Of a DNA stretch of 64,000 bases, positions 14,072 to 28,839 are shown piece by piece. The position numbers and the translations under genes were made by a program. The stretch is from Amoebidium appalachense (taxonomy: Eukaryota; Protista; Ichthyosporea). The stretch's first letter is position 1, and each line of letters opens with the position of its first letter. The notes under the pieces are model-generated. The model ran no database searches. It saw only the letters and a list, made by a program, of their open reading frames with translations, and was not told where the DNA came from. The stretch is taken from NCBI GenBank assembly GCA_963693365.1, contig CAVNZM010000013.1, positions 4,244,722-4,308,721 on the forward strand, given 5' to 3'.

Positions 14072-15006
14072 TTTTTTTAAACCTTTTTATATTCAAATAT
14101 TTATTATTTTGGTCTGGTATGTTACACCTTTTTTTTTTTTTCTTTGTGGTTGTTGGGGGGGGGGGTTGTCGGAAATGGCTACCGTGTTTTTTTTAGACTG
14201 GGAGAGGTTGGTACGACATTTATGTATGAGTGAAAGATTTACCAATATGCATGAATGGAGTCTGTGTAGTGAATGGGCCTCGGCCGTGTGCCGCTAAACT
14301 ACATATTTGGAAGGACACGTGGTGGACAGGGACCGAAATTGCATGGGGTTTAAACTGTAAAGATGGGTTAGATTTCAAAGATGGCGGAGGTGTTGGTCCG
14401 TGATAGGAAATTTTTCTATTACCATGTAATCGCCAAAGTTGGGCAGCATCGGACCTTTTTTTTTTTTGCCCTTTTTTCTTTTTTCTTGTGTGTTTCTATT
14501 AAGGTTAAACAGCTTTTGTTTTTTCCTTTGCCCTCATTTATGGTTGAAGTTATAATCTTTCCATCAATAGAAAGTCTTACCAAATATGATCCCATGGATA
14601 TATTCGCATCGAGATATAATGAAACGGGCCATTTTCGGCTCATGTATGCACTGCATGTGTTTAGCACTTGCGGGCGATCAAATAAACCCGCATCATTGCT
14701 GCTACGAGGGGGTGTGCTTGTGATATCTAATAAGTTAGAAGCATGGCTGTACATGTACGGTGTGTGTGGTTGTGTGTGTGTGTGTGTGTGTTTGTGCGTA
14801 ATCACTGTGGTTGTGTGTGTATGTGTGCGCACGTTCAGTGACTTAGCGTGGGTGCGCCCACACGTGCATGCCAGGCCCTGTGTAGTGTTTGTGTGTGTAT
14901 GGATCGTGATTTGGAAGAGGGGTTGAGGGCTGGGAAACGAAAACTTTGAACATTTTCCTGGCTGTTCTCTCTCTCTCTAGCTCTCTCTCTCTCTCTCTCT
15001 CTCTCT

Positions 15007-15048
<42 letters not shown>

Positions 15049-15132
15049 TCGACCCCCCCCCCCTCTTTCTTCCCCCCCCCCCCCCCCCCCCCCCCCCCCA
15101 TTCCCCCTGGTCCCTTCACACACACACACACT

Positions 15133-15186
<54 letters not shown>

Positions 15187-15344
15187 CCCTCGCCGCCCCC
15201 CCCCCCCCCATTCTCTCTCTCTGTCTCTCCGCTTCCATCCCCCTTCCCCCCTTTCTCCCCCCCCCCCCCCCCCCTCCCCCCTCGCCGCCCTCCCCCCCAT
15301 TCTCTCTCTCTGTCTCTCCGCTTCCATCCCCCTTCCCCCCTTTC

Positions 15345-15388
<44 letters not shown>

Positions 15389-15887
15389 ACACATACACAC
15401 ACGATCGACCCGGTTCCTTCCTTTTTTATTGTACAGCAACAAACCTGCCAGGCATCTGCACGATGGAGACAAAAGAGACATTCTCAGCATGCTTCACGTG
15501 GATTGGTATTTAGTTCAGCCACCTCTCATTATATAGCCCCTCCGGTTGTTTGCCCCATTATATAGCCCCTCCGGTTGTTTGCCCCCCACCCCCCCCCCCA
15601 AACACCGACACGTGTGCTTATGACACTGTGCCGCATTGCTGCGACTACTGTGTGCTTCCAGTGGCCACCCAAAGCACTAGAAGCAACCACACGGCTATGC
15701 GCAACCCTGTGTTGGGTGGTTTGATTGTGGGACAACATGCACTCACACACAGATCGGAGGCATTTCTTTGGCTTCGGTTGTCGTCTGTGCTCATGATAAT
15801 CTGCTTGCCCTAAGTTTGGTAGCATCCACACCACAATTCCCTCTATAGATTTGCCTAGTGAGCACGTAGAATGCACCCCTCCCCCCG

Positions 15888-15932
<45 letters not shown>

Positions 15933-15951
15933 CTCCCCCTCCCCCCTCCCC

Positions 15952-15994
<43 letters not shown>

Positions 15995-16983
15995 TTTATG
16001 TCGACGTCAAAGTGAACACCATAAATATATCTAAGTCATTTAGTCTAGGCATCAGTTGGGAAAGGCTTCATATGCCTGCTAGATCTAGTGGGCCCCCGGG
16101 GGGGGGGGGGGGGGGGGGGGGAGGAAAGGGGGGAGGGGGTGGTGGAGGGGGGGGAGGGGAAGGAAGGAAGAGGGGAGAAGAGACGGTCTGTCAGAGCCGG
16201 GGGGGGGGGAGGGGGGTTGTGCATGGAACACGAGGCAGCTTATCTGTGAAGTTGGAAGAGACAAGAGGACATGGGGCAGTGCAACATGGTAGCTGGGAAC
16301 ACAGACCATAAATTTACACTGTTTGTACGCCGTCTAATATTATATGTGGTGGTGTCTATGTGTGTGTTTTATAACTTAGCCTAGTACACATAATGTGTTC
16401 ATGTGATGATTTTGGCCAGGGGGGCGAGGGCCGGGGGGGGGGGGGGGGGGGAGGGGGGAAGGGGGGACGGAAGGAGGGTGGGGAGGGGGGGGGCCGGGGG
16501 AAGGGGGGGGAGGGGGGGGGGGGGGAGGGGGGCGCTGTCGAACTGGGAACCGGTGCGTGCACCGATTTCAAAGGGACTCCGCATTCAGAAGACTGCTGCT
16601 AAGGAAAGAAAAACAAAAAATGCTAGCCCCAATAATGAAAAACGCCCCGGGAAAGAAAGTTCCCCACTCTTTGTGATCATGTATGCGTACACACACCTTG
16701 TGTTTATACTTATGCTTGCTTGTGTGTGTGTGTCAAACGCAGTGTGTGCTAGTCTTCCACAAAGTGTGTGTGCGTGTGTGTGCTTGACGCACGCATGCAC
16801 GCGCACATGGACACACGCAGGCACACAGACACACACACATACACTCACACGTACACGCACGCGCATACGCGTGCACAAACATACATACCCCCGCCAGCAC
16901 CCACGCACGCATGCACGCACATATACACACATGCATGCATGCACACACATACACACATACGTACCATAGTCTCCAACCATCTA

Positions 16984-17014
<31 letters not shown>

Positions 17015-17434
17015 ACCACCACCACCTTGAAAACTTGAACCGTTAAAAAAAAAAAAGAATCAATAAGAAACGAATACTAAATACGTTCTATCTTACTTAT
17101 TGCCGCTGAATCCAAAATTGGGTCGACCAGAACCCTCGATTGGTAGGTTAAAGAGTCGATCTGGCCTTTTCACTGTTCGCCTTGACACGAAAACTCGCCA
17201 GACACACATCTACTATTATTAGATATATGCCCCGGAAGTCGGCATGGGTGATGGTTTAGGCAGGCTGACACTGTGCATTTATGTTTTCACGTATACAGCC
17301 AATGTATACTAGCAAATCTTGCAGGCACATTGTCTACACATTGTCTACAGTGTATCAACGGTTGTGTTGCACACGTCCATTCACCATTATCAGCCCGAGC
17401 AGACATACCGATTTTTTTTATTTTATTTTTTTTT

Positions 17435-17487
<53 letters not shown>

Positions 17488-17816
17488 CTGAGGTGGGGCT
17501 GGTGTTCGTATGGGGGGGGGGGGGGGGGGGGAAGGAGAGTGGGGAAAGGGGGGCGATGGAAAGTGAGGGGCTAAATGCAAGGGGGGGGGGAGGAGGGGGT
17601 AAATCCATTTTAGCCGCTTCTTGCATGGGGTGACCTGCCTATACCATGGCACAGACATCCTCTGGCATGCACACGTGTGCACATGGGCATCATCCCTTGT
17701 GCCTCATGGCTGCAGGCATGTTTGTGTTTTGGTAACCCAGACCGCTAGTGGCTACAACACTGCTATGTGCAACGACAGGGTTTTGGGTGGTTTGGTTGTG
17801 GGACCACATGAACACA

Positions 17817-17934
<118 letters not shown>

Positions 17935-18048
17935 ACAGACGGGCACACACACAGAGAGGGAGGGAGAGAAAGAGACACAGGCATTTTTGGCTTCAGTGGT
18001 CCTCTTTTCCCATGCATATGAACAGTGCTTACCATAAAGGCTTGGAAT

Positions 18049-18127
18049 TATCCACACACACTGTATGTATATCGCAGTATACTGAGATATACAGTATACT
18101 GAGATATACATGCAGTGTGTGTGGATA
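18049..18127. repeat. 79-bp near-perfect hairpin (36-bp arms, 7-nt spacer)
   Basis: TATCCACACACACTGTATGTATATCGCAGTATACTG (18049-18084) versus reverse complement at 18092-18127, 2 mismatches. Confidence 0.85.
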
Positions 18128-18188
18128 CTTCCCTTCCCTGTGCTCAGCACAGAATCATGTATGATACTTACCCCCTCCCCCCCCCCCC

Positions 18189-18219
<31 letters not shown>

Positions 18220-18686
18220 CATCCCGCTCCCCCGGCCCCCGGAGGGTGGGGTCATGGTGAATATGACAAACATTGCTGGGACATTTAGACAGTCAGCCGG
18301 GGAAAGAGTCAACGTGCCTAACTGCGCATTGCCTGCTTTTTTTTTTTTTTTTTTTTTTTTTTGGGGGGGGGGGGGGGGGGGGAGGGGGAGGGAAAGGGCG
18401 GACAAGGAGGGGGAGGAAGGGGTGGGAGGGGGGCAGGGGGGGAACTGGGGGAAGAGGCAGGGTGAGGGGGGGCAAAGATCGAAGGACACGAGTCACTCGC
18501 CGGCAGTGCACCATAGCTGGAAAGACAGGCGCCATCATTTACAGTGTGTGCGTGTCTAGGAGCCCAGGTGTTATGTGTGCGGTGGTGTCTGTGTTTGCAC
18601 TGGAATACCCAGCCTAGTGTGCATGAGTGTTTTGGCGATGTCTGTGTTTGGGTGGTGGTTGTCGTGGGTGGGGAAGGAGGGGGGTT

Positions 18687-18728
<42 letters not shown>

Positions 18729-19619
18729 TGGGGAGGCGGGCAATGTATGTCGTGCACGGTGTCTGTCACGTGTGCCTTAATACGTAGCCTAGTACATATG
18801 TGTGTGTTCGCGTAATGTGGGGGGGGGGAGGGGGGGGAGGGGGTGTTGATTGCCTATGTATTTTAGTGTATTCTGCTGAAAGCCGCTGTTGTGTTTGTGT
18901 GGGCACAATATGAGCGTGGCAAATGGTGGCCCATGCGAGATCGACTACGGCTGTTCGAATCAACCGTAGCACCCAATGCATAAAGAGTGATACCATGATC
19001 CGCACAGACACCTCCCCCCCCCCCCCTCCCCCCCTCCCCCCCCCCCCCCCCCCCTCCCTCCCCCCCTCCCCCTGCCCTCCCCCCACAAAAAAAAGAAAAG
19101 AAGACAAAAGAAAGGAAAAGAAAAAGTGTCTACCATATCATCGTAAATACCACGAAGTAAACCTTGAACAAGTGCCTAGATTCAGTGCAGAGGGGTGGGG
19201 AGTTGGGTGAGTTAAGGACGAGTGGGGGTGTAGGTGAAAAGGACTCCCCAGGGGGGAAGGGGGTGGTGGTGGTGGTGGTGTGTGTGTGTGTGTGTGGGGG
19301 GAGGGGGGGGGGGGGGGAGGAAAGAAGGGAGGGGGGACAGGGGAGACCGGGGGAGGGAGGCCGAGGATGGTACTAGTAACCACAGTGTGAACTTAGATAC
19401 CCAAGGCTTAGATAACTCAGTGAATGTCGATTTACGGAAAAACAGAAGGGCTCAAGGGAAAATGATTACCAGGCAAATAATACCCAGGGTGACTGTCTGT
19501 GTGTGCATTGTGATCGTGTGCATGTGTGCCACGTCTCCCACCCGGCCCTCCCACCCTCTCTCTCTCTCTTCCCCTCTCTTTCCTTCCCCCCCCCCCCCCC
19601 CTCTAGCTTCTTGCGTGCA

Positions 19620-19719
<100 letters not shown>

Positions 19720-19917
19720 CGCGTGTGTGTGCGCGCGCGCACACGTGTGGTGGGATTTATTGTTGGGGGAACGGGGGGGGGGGGGGGGGGAGGGGGGAGA
19801 GAGAGAGGTGGGGGGAGGGGGGTTTCAAGTTGTTGAAACCATAGGTGCCGATTGGCAAAACATTGGCTAACTATTATGGTGACCAGTTCTACAATAGCTA
19901 ACCCCCCCCCTCCCCCC

Positions 19918-19948
<31 letters not shown>

Positions 19949-20258
19949 AAAAAAAAAAAAGCACAAAAAAAAGCAAACTGTGCAAATACTTATATACTTA
20001 ACCGTATAGAAAGGAGCCCCCCGTCCACCGCCCTCCCTCCCTGATCCGTTCCCTTCCCCCCTCCCCCCACCCCCCCTCCCCCCCCCCCCTCTCCCCCCCC
20101 CTGGCCCCCGCACCTACTCCACCCACACATCAGATACATTTCTTTTCGCACGACACGCCAGGCGTCCGGGTCCCAGAGCTAGCCAAAACACCATAATGGT
20201 ATTCGAAAACAAGCACGTAATACTATTAGTAAATCATCAATTACAGCACGAGAGGTCG

Positions 20259-20259
20259 T

Positions 20260-20358
<99 letters not shown>

Positions 20359-20360
20359 CG
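20259..20360 (+). repeat. (GCAC)n tetranucleotide microsatellite; representative of the many (CA)n, (GT)n, (CT)n, (GCGT)n, (CTCA)n and poly-C/poly-G tracts across the window
   Basis: Directly visible. Others include (CA)n at ~2306-2572, 13538-13627 and 56192-56563, (GT)n at 49755-49918, and (GCGT)n at 52448-52615. Confidence 0.95.
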
Positions 20361-22220
20361 TATGCACGCATGCAAGCACTTCCGCACGCATGCACGCACA
20401 CAGGCACGCACGCACACACGTACACACGCAAGCACTTCCGCACGCACGCACGCACACAGGCACGCACGCACACACGTACACACACCCACATGCAGGCAAG
20501 CACGCATGCACACACGCACACACACACAGGCACGCACACGCACGCACACCGTGACGCACAAATACAGTGCAATGCCTACACACACGGCCACCACTTCCGA
20601 ACGAGTCGTTTTACCTGAGCTCACTCGAGCAGGCATGAGTCTCAGGCCTGCACAGATGTGCGCCCAAATCGAATAAAGCAAGCACGCTCACACTGCAACA
20701 AAAGCGCGTATCCAGCCATGCCCACACCCAAACAAGGGGTTCGGATGCACGCGCACACACGCAAACGCACATGTGCATACACATGGGTGCACGCTCACGC
20801 ACACATGCATGCGGACCCATGCATACGCTTAGTATGTATAATTGTTAAAGAACACACTGACATGCACACATGCTGCTCGCACATGCGCGCGCAACTTCAC
20901 ATAGAGTGCAACACAAATGTGGACAAACACATCAACACAATGCATATGTTGTATGGAGCGGAATAGGAACGAAAATAGCTGCTCGGGGGCAAGCGAGGAA
21001 TGCAACCACCGCTTGCACTGCAATGATTCGAACGCAATTTGTGCTCGTGCAAAAAGATGCTCTGCATGTAGATGTGTTTGTTGTAAGACTAATGATCTAG
21101 GCGTTTTTCGTGTTGGTGCGCTTACATGTACACATGCCTCCATTTCCGTGTGCGCCAGATGTGATCACAGTACGACTTGCCTTCATGCAAATGCAACTTT
21201 TAGTTTTTGATACAGGCGTACGCGTGCACACCCACGTAAGTTAGAGTTGCACACAACTACTATGAACTGCAGCTGCCTTACATAAAGTAGGCTGTCACAC
21301 AGTGTTTGCCTTAGAAGTAATCTGTTGTCCTAGCACGAATGACCTATCTTACTTGTAGCGAGTTGTGGCCTCGTTGAATGTGTAGCGCAAACTTTGATGC
21401 GAATTCACTGTGCGCAAGCACCCACATGTGTACACGGTCGAGCGAGATCATTGTATTGAGCATGTATATGTTGATATCATATGCTAAAACTGCAAACATA
21501 ATAAAACTTATATTTCTGCACACTGCACATCATCGCAACCTTCATTCAACGTACTACCTTGCGCGTGTGCACTGTTGTTGCACGCGGCTCGCATTTGAAA
21601 GTTTCGCGGCCGGCGGCCCGGCGCCTGGCCCCGCCGCTTTGGGCCGTTGACGCACCGTACGTACGGCTGGATGATTCAAAAACGTCGCCGAGATTCTATT
21701 GGCTTACAGCGCACTAGCCGGCAAAAATGTAAAAACCGGTTCCATATATAGTACCGGCATTTTTAGGTCGTTCGACCGTTGCCGGCACCCGCGAAAAAGA
21801 ACCTTTCAAAGTTTCAGCCACATGTCAGAGTGTGTACGCGTGTGTACGTACGAAACTTTTCGTTCAGCTGATATACGTGCATAAGCTTCATAGTATATCA
21901 CAAGAGAGCTTGTAATGTATGTTGCGCAAACAAATTCCCACGAGTGCCATAAAAAAGGATAGGGATTAGAATTTATTGATTCGTGCGGACGGAATTGACG
22001 GAGGGGCTCGAGTGTGGGCGCGTGCATGACCGCGTGCCCGCACAGACCTGTTAGTAGCAGCTCAGGCGTCTGTAAAGAGTGATACAGAAGAGAAAACAGG
22101 CGCTTGAGGGGCAATTACTTGGGGTGTGAAATAATGGGTTCGTGATGGTGGTGGTGGTGATGGTGGTGGTGGTGGTGGTGGTGGTGTGTGTGTGTGTGTA
22201 TGTGTGTGAGTGTGTGCGTG

Positions 22221-22271
<51 letters not shown>

Positions 22272-22301
22272 CTGTGCGTGTGTGTGTGCGTGCGTGCGTG
22301 C

Positions 22302-22354
<53 letters not shown>

Positions 22355-25300
22355 GGAAAGGGGGGGGGGGGGGGGGGGAGGGGCGGGGCGTGGTGGGGGG
22401 AAAGGGGGAGGGGACGGCAGGCTTAGGCGCCAGCGTTGGACTTGTCGACAAATTTAGAGGCCGGACAGATTCGGCTGCCAGTGGGTGCATGCCATGTTCA
22501 GTTAGAGCAGGCTATCATTCACACACATGTTTGAGCACGTGCATCTGACTTTAGTAATATGCCGGGGCCCACCCGGTCTCTTACTAAATTTCTTCTTTCG
22601 TGCCGCCCTGGCGCCCACTATGACCCGAAACTTATCTTTGTATGAACGCGTGTGACCCCATGCACAAATCCGAAGCACATAATAAAAGCACTTTACAACT
22701 GGGCAGCACATCATCACTAGGTAAATCCCAGTGCAGGCCTGCTCTATAGGCGGAACTTCAGCGATCCATCTTCCCCCCTCCCCCCTCTTCCCCCCGGCCC
22801 TGAGCCCCTCCCTCCCTCCAAGATTCCGGATCCAGCTGGGGCCCTAGCGCAACACCACTCTGCACATCAACTATTCTACCTGAGCATCGCCCGTGTACAA
22901 GTTGCCTGGGCTCCTCCTCAGGCCTTATAGTCATTCGATACTACCTCAGAATCTCACTGTACAACTGTTTCAAACTTGTAAGGCCATATTTATGAACCGA
23001 TACATACAGTGGGGGTTGCTCATGGTGCACACGTGTCTTATACTTGTTACAATAGGGATTACACGGGTATTTTGGCCGGAATATTGATGGTGGTAAGTGT
23101 GATATGATAGTGGTAAGGAAGGCAGTGCAAGTGTTTGTGGATTAGAATCAAGCAAGCGATGCAAGACAGGATGGAGCCGGGGGCAGACCTACTAGCCAAG
23201 CGTGCTAATAAAAGCCGAAGGTGGGGGGAAAAGGAGTCTGCACCGGGGGGAGGGGAGGGGGAGGGAGAGGCGGAAGTGGAGGGGGAAGGGCGGGAAACCA
23301 GTAGAGGGGAGGAAGCCTAGAAGGAAATTTACAAAGCTACGCGCCGCGGGGGGGGGGGGGGGGGGGGGGGGGGAGGGAGGGGGGGAGAGAAGAGAGGGGG
23401 GAGGGGGGAGGGGGGAGGGGGAGGGTGGGGGTGGCGGGAAAAGGAGGAGGAACCGGTCCATGAATGGCAGGCCAAACAACATCTTTATTGGCAATAAGCC
23501 GGGTAAATTATGATTCCCCCGTTTTCTATTTAGTATTTTGCCCAAGTCCATACATTTAAGTGGACAGGGTTGTGCAGGTAACCGTGCAGCGTGCAGCATA
23601 TGTTTGTCCTCAACCACCCCGCCCCTAAGCATTTGAATCGCGGTTCCTCACCATTAGTGCCCCTCCACGTGTTCAAAGGGCATTTGTGACCAGTGAAATA
23701 ATAAAGCGCGCCAGAGGAATTCTTCGAGTGGAGAGGGAATGGAATGAAACGGGGGTTAAGAAATGAGAAACCGAAAGAATGCAAATGGTGTGTGTGTACT
23801 TTGCGTGTGTGTGTGGTGTGTGGGCAGGGGAGGAGGGGGGGGGAGGGGGGGGGGGGGGGGGGGGTTGGGGAGGAAGGGGAGGGGATGAAGGGATGAGGGG
23901 GAGGTAAGAAAATTGCTTACCCAACTGTAAAGATATTACAAACGGTCCCCTGCTGAAGGCTATGGCTAGTGAAAGAGGAGGAGGATAGATGTGTCTAAAT
24001 ATGTGCAAGTGCCGTGTGGCGTGTCTATATTGTCATAAGTGGCCAATTTATGCCTACGAAGAAACATCAATCTGTAATTGATTGTTCTTACACAGGGAAC
24101 AAACGGCTGCAGGGGATCTAGCTTCGGAAACAAAAGCATCAAAAGATGTGCCCATGGCATTACCTTGCAGATGCACACAAGGGCACGATTTCAATGCACA
24201 TGTACATAACCTTCTCGAGCCCAAGAACGCTACATCAGTGAAAAAGCAAAAAGATGGCAGTGAAAAGAAAGTGAGCGAATCTGATTATACCCCCTGATTT
24301 TCATTGAATCGCTGTACTCACAAAACCAAGCCAGCACCCCCGGGGACACAGTGCTTCATTCTATCCGTGCTCGTCCGTCTACGTATTTGTGCCTGGGCCT
24401 GTGTGTTGCATGCGGGCGTGCGTGTGTACATCTGGTGTGGGTACAGTACGTGTGCATCTGTGCGCCGTTTTGGACTACTGTGAATGCTGCTGTTTGTGAT
24501 TGAAAGTGTATGTACGTGCTTGCCTGAATCTGCGTCGGCCACGTGGTTGAGCTTTGCTGTCTTCCTTTTTTTTCATGTACAATCACGCACGTGTGTTAGG
24601 TCCCATGTGTAAGCCTGTGTATGAAATGCTGCACTAACAATAAGCCGTTGGCCGGTTGGAAAATAGTGAGACTGGGGCCCCAGACGCGTGCGTGGCAATA
24701 AAGGTTGCGTAACTATTTCAAAGCTGCCGCAAAAGAACACCTTGTGTTGGCTTGTTTCTACGTTTTATCCCTCCGGGGCCTGTGACGGGTGACACCGTGA
24801 CAGATGATCAGCCCACCAATCGAAAGAACTTCGCTTGTGTAACGGTCGCCGGCCGGCATTTGGCCGCGGCGGCCAGGAAATATGTAAGTGATAAGCAACC
24901 CAGAACCTCAAATGACTCCCCTGAATGTCCCCCTAGATCAATCTAAAAAAAACCCCGCTGAGGCGAATAATTTTAAGTCTTTTAATGCATTTAAAAGTCA
25001 CTTGGCCCAATGTTTGGCGCCAAAACCTCGCAGAACGAACCCTACAGTCCCCGTCACACCAGACACCAGAACTGCGTTTTCATGCGTTTCCTCGGCAAGG
25101 TGGCCTCCTAATGGTGTCAGTAAAAGAAAAGAAAGAAAAAAATACAATAGGACCTTTTTGCGCTATGTACCACCTCCGTGCCGCACAGGAAACCTTAGTG
25201 GTTATGCGATAAGCTCTCGCACCTCATCAGGGGGGCCAAGCTGCACTAGGCCAGGCCACTATGACCATACGCTTCTCAAGTACCTGCACAAAGGCAATAT

Positions 25301-26114
25301 AGCAACTTTAGTTCCAGTCCAGGTAAGCCACGTGATTCAACTGTTAACGTGAAGGGGGGTGGGCTGGTTTGCGAGGAAGTGGGCGATATTAGGGCAGCGC
25401 GGGTTGTGCTTGTTTGTGTCGAGGAAGCAACCCCTTTATTGGAGTGGGTGATGTAAGTAAATATGATGAATATGAACTTGTGTCCCCCCCCTCCCCCCTC
25501 CCCCCCCCTCCCCCCCCCCCCCCCTTGCCTCCTCCCCCCTCCCCCCCCCCCCCCAAAAAAAAAAAAAATAAGTCAAAAAATACACACACCAGTCCTCCTG
25601 TATTTAGCCATGCCACAGCCCCTTTACCCAACCCACCCACCCAACCAGATTACGCTTCTCTCCTTCCCCTACAGACACGCACACCACCCCTACTCCCCAC
25701 CCCTTCTCCTTCCATCCTTTCTTCTTGCTTCTATACTTCTTTTTTCTTTGCTTCTATGCTGGCCTTCCCCTTCCTCCCATCCTCTATGCATTCCCGCTTC
25801 ATCTTTACTTAGCTTCTTTGCCTCTTTTCTTCTCTGCTATCTTGCTTCATAGCCTCCCCCCCCCCCCCCCCCCCCGGTTCTTCCCCCCTCCTTCCCTCCT
25901 CCTGTGCGTGTGTGTGTGTGTGTGTGTGTGTGCGTGCGCGTGTGTGCACCGATGTGTGTTTGTACGTCTGGACCTGTGCACGTTTGTGCGTGTGGTGGCA
26001 GTGATATTCTTCTGTGTGCACTTGTGGTGTTGGGGCCCGGGTGGGAAGGGGGCCATGGAGAGGGGGGGCCTCCCGGGTACTACGGCAGGTAGAGGTAGGG
26101 TTTATTTTTTTTTT

Positions 26115-26166
<52 letters not shown>

Positions 26167-26627
26167 CTGGGCACTGGAGATGTGAACTTTGCAGAGTCGA
26201 TTTCAAAAAAATTAATTTATAAACCAAGTGCACCTGGCACTCTCCAATACGAAAGATCGAGCTAGAACTAATATTAGCACGTAAATTATTTAAATGTTTA
26301 CATTTTGGCAAATTTGCACACCACATACGAGTAACTTTACTGATTACATTTTTCTTATGTAGTTCCCATTGGGACGTGCAGACTTTGCGTTCTTAGCAGC
26401 CCCAGCATACACATCGTGCAGGTCACCAAGCAGTTCAGGAATAAGGGGAACGTGGATGCTGTAAGGGGGTTGTGAGGGGGGTGGGGGAGAAGGGCAGAGA
26501 GGCAAGAAAGAAAAGATTCACTTCTGATTTAACCATCATGTTGGACGTGCAAGAATGGGTGGGTGGGTAGGTGGGGAGGGGGAAGACAAAGGGTAAGAGT
26601 GAGACAGGGGGAAGGGGACAGGAGGAA

Positions 26628-26661
<34 letters not shown>

Positions 26662-28839
26662 ATTTTTCTTTCTTCTTTTCTTTCTTTTTTTTTTGGTGGT
26701 GGTGGCGGTGGTGTGTCTGTGTGTGCGGGCGGGGGGGGGGGGTAAGAGCAAATACTCAAGGGGGCCGAACTTATGAAACGGGGGGGAAGGGGGAAGGAGA
26801 GGGGGGAAGGGGAGAGGTTGGGGGGAGGGGAGAGGGGCGTGGGTGGGGGTGGGGGTGGGAGCCCAGAGAACCGTTGATGCCAAAGGATAGAGGGAGGCAG
26901 AACATTTCAGTGGAAATTGGGGGATGGAGAGAGGGGAGGGGGGGGGGGGGGGGGGGGGGGATTGGGAAGCGCATGCAAGGAATAAACGAGAAGTGCACGA
27001 AGAGGACACAGCTAGTAGATAAAAGGGGCGAGGGCAGAGAGGTTGAGGTTTAGGGTATGTGTTAGAAATAGATGGGCCGGGGGAGGGGAGGGGGGGATCC
27101 TATGACACCACACAACATTGAAGCTAGCAAGGCAAATCGAATGTGATAATACCTATAGCCAGGGGAGAAGGGGGAGGGGAACCCGGGGGAGGGGGGGGGG
27201 GGGGGGGGCAGCGTAGAAACGGATGTACAGGTAAATTCAGAACAGGGCAATAGGGCAAACCGTATTGCAGGGAACAAGCACAACACATTCACAGGAGTAC
27301 AGGGAGAGGGCGGGGGGGGGGGGGGGGGGGGGGGGGGGAGGGGGGAGGGGGGGGGGGGGGGGAGCAAAGATGCAGAAAACGAAGGAAACAATGTGCAAAA
27401 CCGAGAGAAGGAAAGGTGGAAAGAAGAAAGGAAGGTGAATTAAAAGAAGCAAAGAAGCAAAAGCCGAGAGAAGAAACCCTCCCCCTCCCCCCCCCCCCCC
27501 CCCACCCCACACACACCTTCCCAACACAGGCAAAGAACCGATGGGGAGAATGAAGGGGGGGGGGGGGGGGGAGGGGAGGGGGAGAGAGAGATATATGCAC
27601 TTAGGTGTGGGAGAGGGGGGGGTATGCGTTAGAGGGTAGCAACCAAGGCAACAAAGATTCGCAAGCAAAAAAGGGGGTAAACGTTCACAGGGCCAAAACA
27701 AAATGAGTAGGCAAAGATGCTTAAACAGAGCCCCTCAACAGAGGGCTTCCTCTGCCTCTACAATGGATGGGTTTCGACTCTTTAACACGGGGAGACGGGG
27801 GGGTTGGGGGGGTGGGGGTGGGGGGGGGGGGGGGGGGGGGGGGGATGAGTGTAGAAAAAAGAACACGGACCAGGGAGTTGGGGGAGAAGTGTTTGAGAGA
27901 GCGGAAGGCAGGGGGTGCATGGATCACTATAGGTGTGTGCCTATGCTTCAAGTTGCTCGTGTGTGGACTATATAAGGCAAGGCATAGCACTTACGGCAGT
28001 GACCCTAAAGAAGGAAATAGGGAGGAGGGAATACACACCTGCTTCTGTGTTAGTTCAGCATCGTTCAGTGATTCTGCGTGCTCTGACAACTTTGTGCGAC
28101 CTGCTTAGGACAACTGAAATGAGTCGTAGATGATGGTGCTATTTTATCACGTTGTTGTTGGAAAACCACACTGGCCGAGTTAGACTTCTGCCAGTGTGAC
28201 TGGCACAACTTTCGTCCACAAGGATAGAGCTGTACATACTGATGCCTTACGCGGTTGAGAGAGTTGTAAAATGGCTGCGTGTGTAACTTGTAAACAGCGC
28301 CAGAATTCCGACGGGTAGTCGTAAAGTAACTCAAAAACATGATCTTTCGGGCGACACAAAGACAACGGGCAAACGCCTATAATATTTCCCGTTATTTGGC
28401 TTTGCTGTTACTATGTCAAGGAGGAGACGTGAGATACCTGGCGTTGATTAATAAGTTGATAGACGACTGTGGGCGGCAACGAACGTTGCAAGGACATGTG
28501 CACAGCAGCACTGCAGGTCAAACAGCAATTTCCAACCCCGTACGGGCGCCCATCTTTAAACTCACCCTAAACTGTTTTAAAACTTATAAAATCTGGAGAG
28601 CCATTTGAGGTTCTGGGTACCATGTCCAAACTGCAAGTGATAATGAAGTCTGCAAGTTAGGTAAATGATTTTTATCAAGAATAGAGAAAGATACAAAGTA
28701 AATGTATTTTGAAAAACTAGAGAGGCAAAGAAGAAAAGGCATAGTTTTCTTGCTGCTTTCAAGGCCGAAGTTCTTTGAGTCACTGTCAAGGCTTCACTGA
28801 CGGTCACCCCGACATTCCTGTGACCTTGAAACCGATTCT

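Noticed and set aside
14381-15510. Possible + strand gene starting AAGATGGCGGAG (MAEVLVRDRKFFYYH...) with candidate exons near 14571-14643 and 15437-15506
   Set aside because: Splice sites are plausible, but several frames are open and no domain is recognisable; needs RNA-seq.
18868-18985. VWAQYERGKWWP resembling a PWWP motif
   Set aside because: Short match followed soon by a stop; no rest of the domain or linked exons found.
19370-19495. Minus-strand hydrophobic frame with an in-frame TGA (LGIICLVIIFP*ALLFFRK), considered as readthrough, selenocysteine or a transporter pseudogene
   Set aside because: No recognisable family, no SECIS-like element, and no consistent neighbouring exons.
22930-24297. 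Chain of small + strand exon-like segments ending ...KKQKDGSEKKVSESDYTP*
   Set aside because: Good-looking GT/AG sites but ambiguous phases and no homology recognised; left unannotated.
25200-28500. Possible minus-strand micro-exon gene divergent from the CCAAT-rich promoter (e.g. 28100-28039 RTKLSEHAESLNDAELTQKQ)
   Set aside because: Individual segments look exon-like, but I could not build a unique phase-consistent model.
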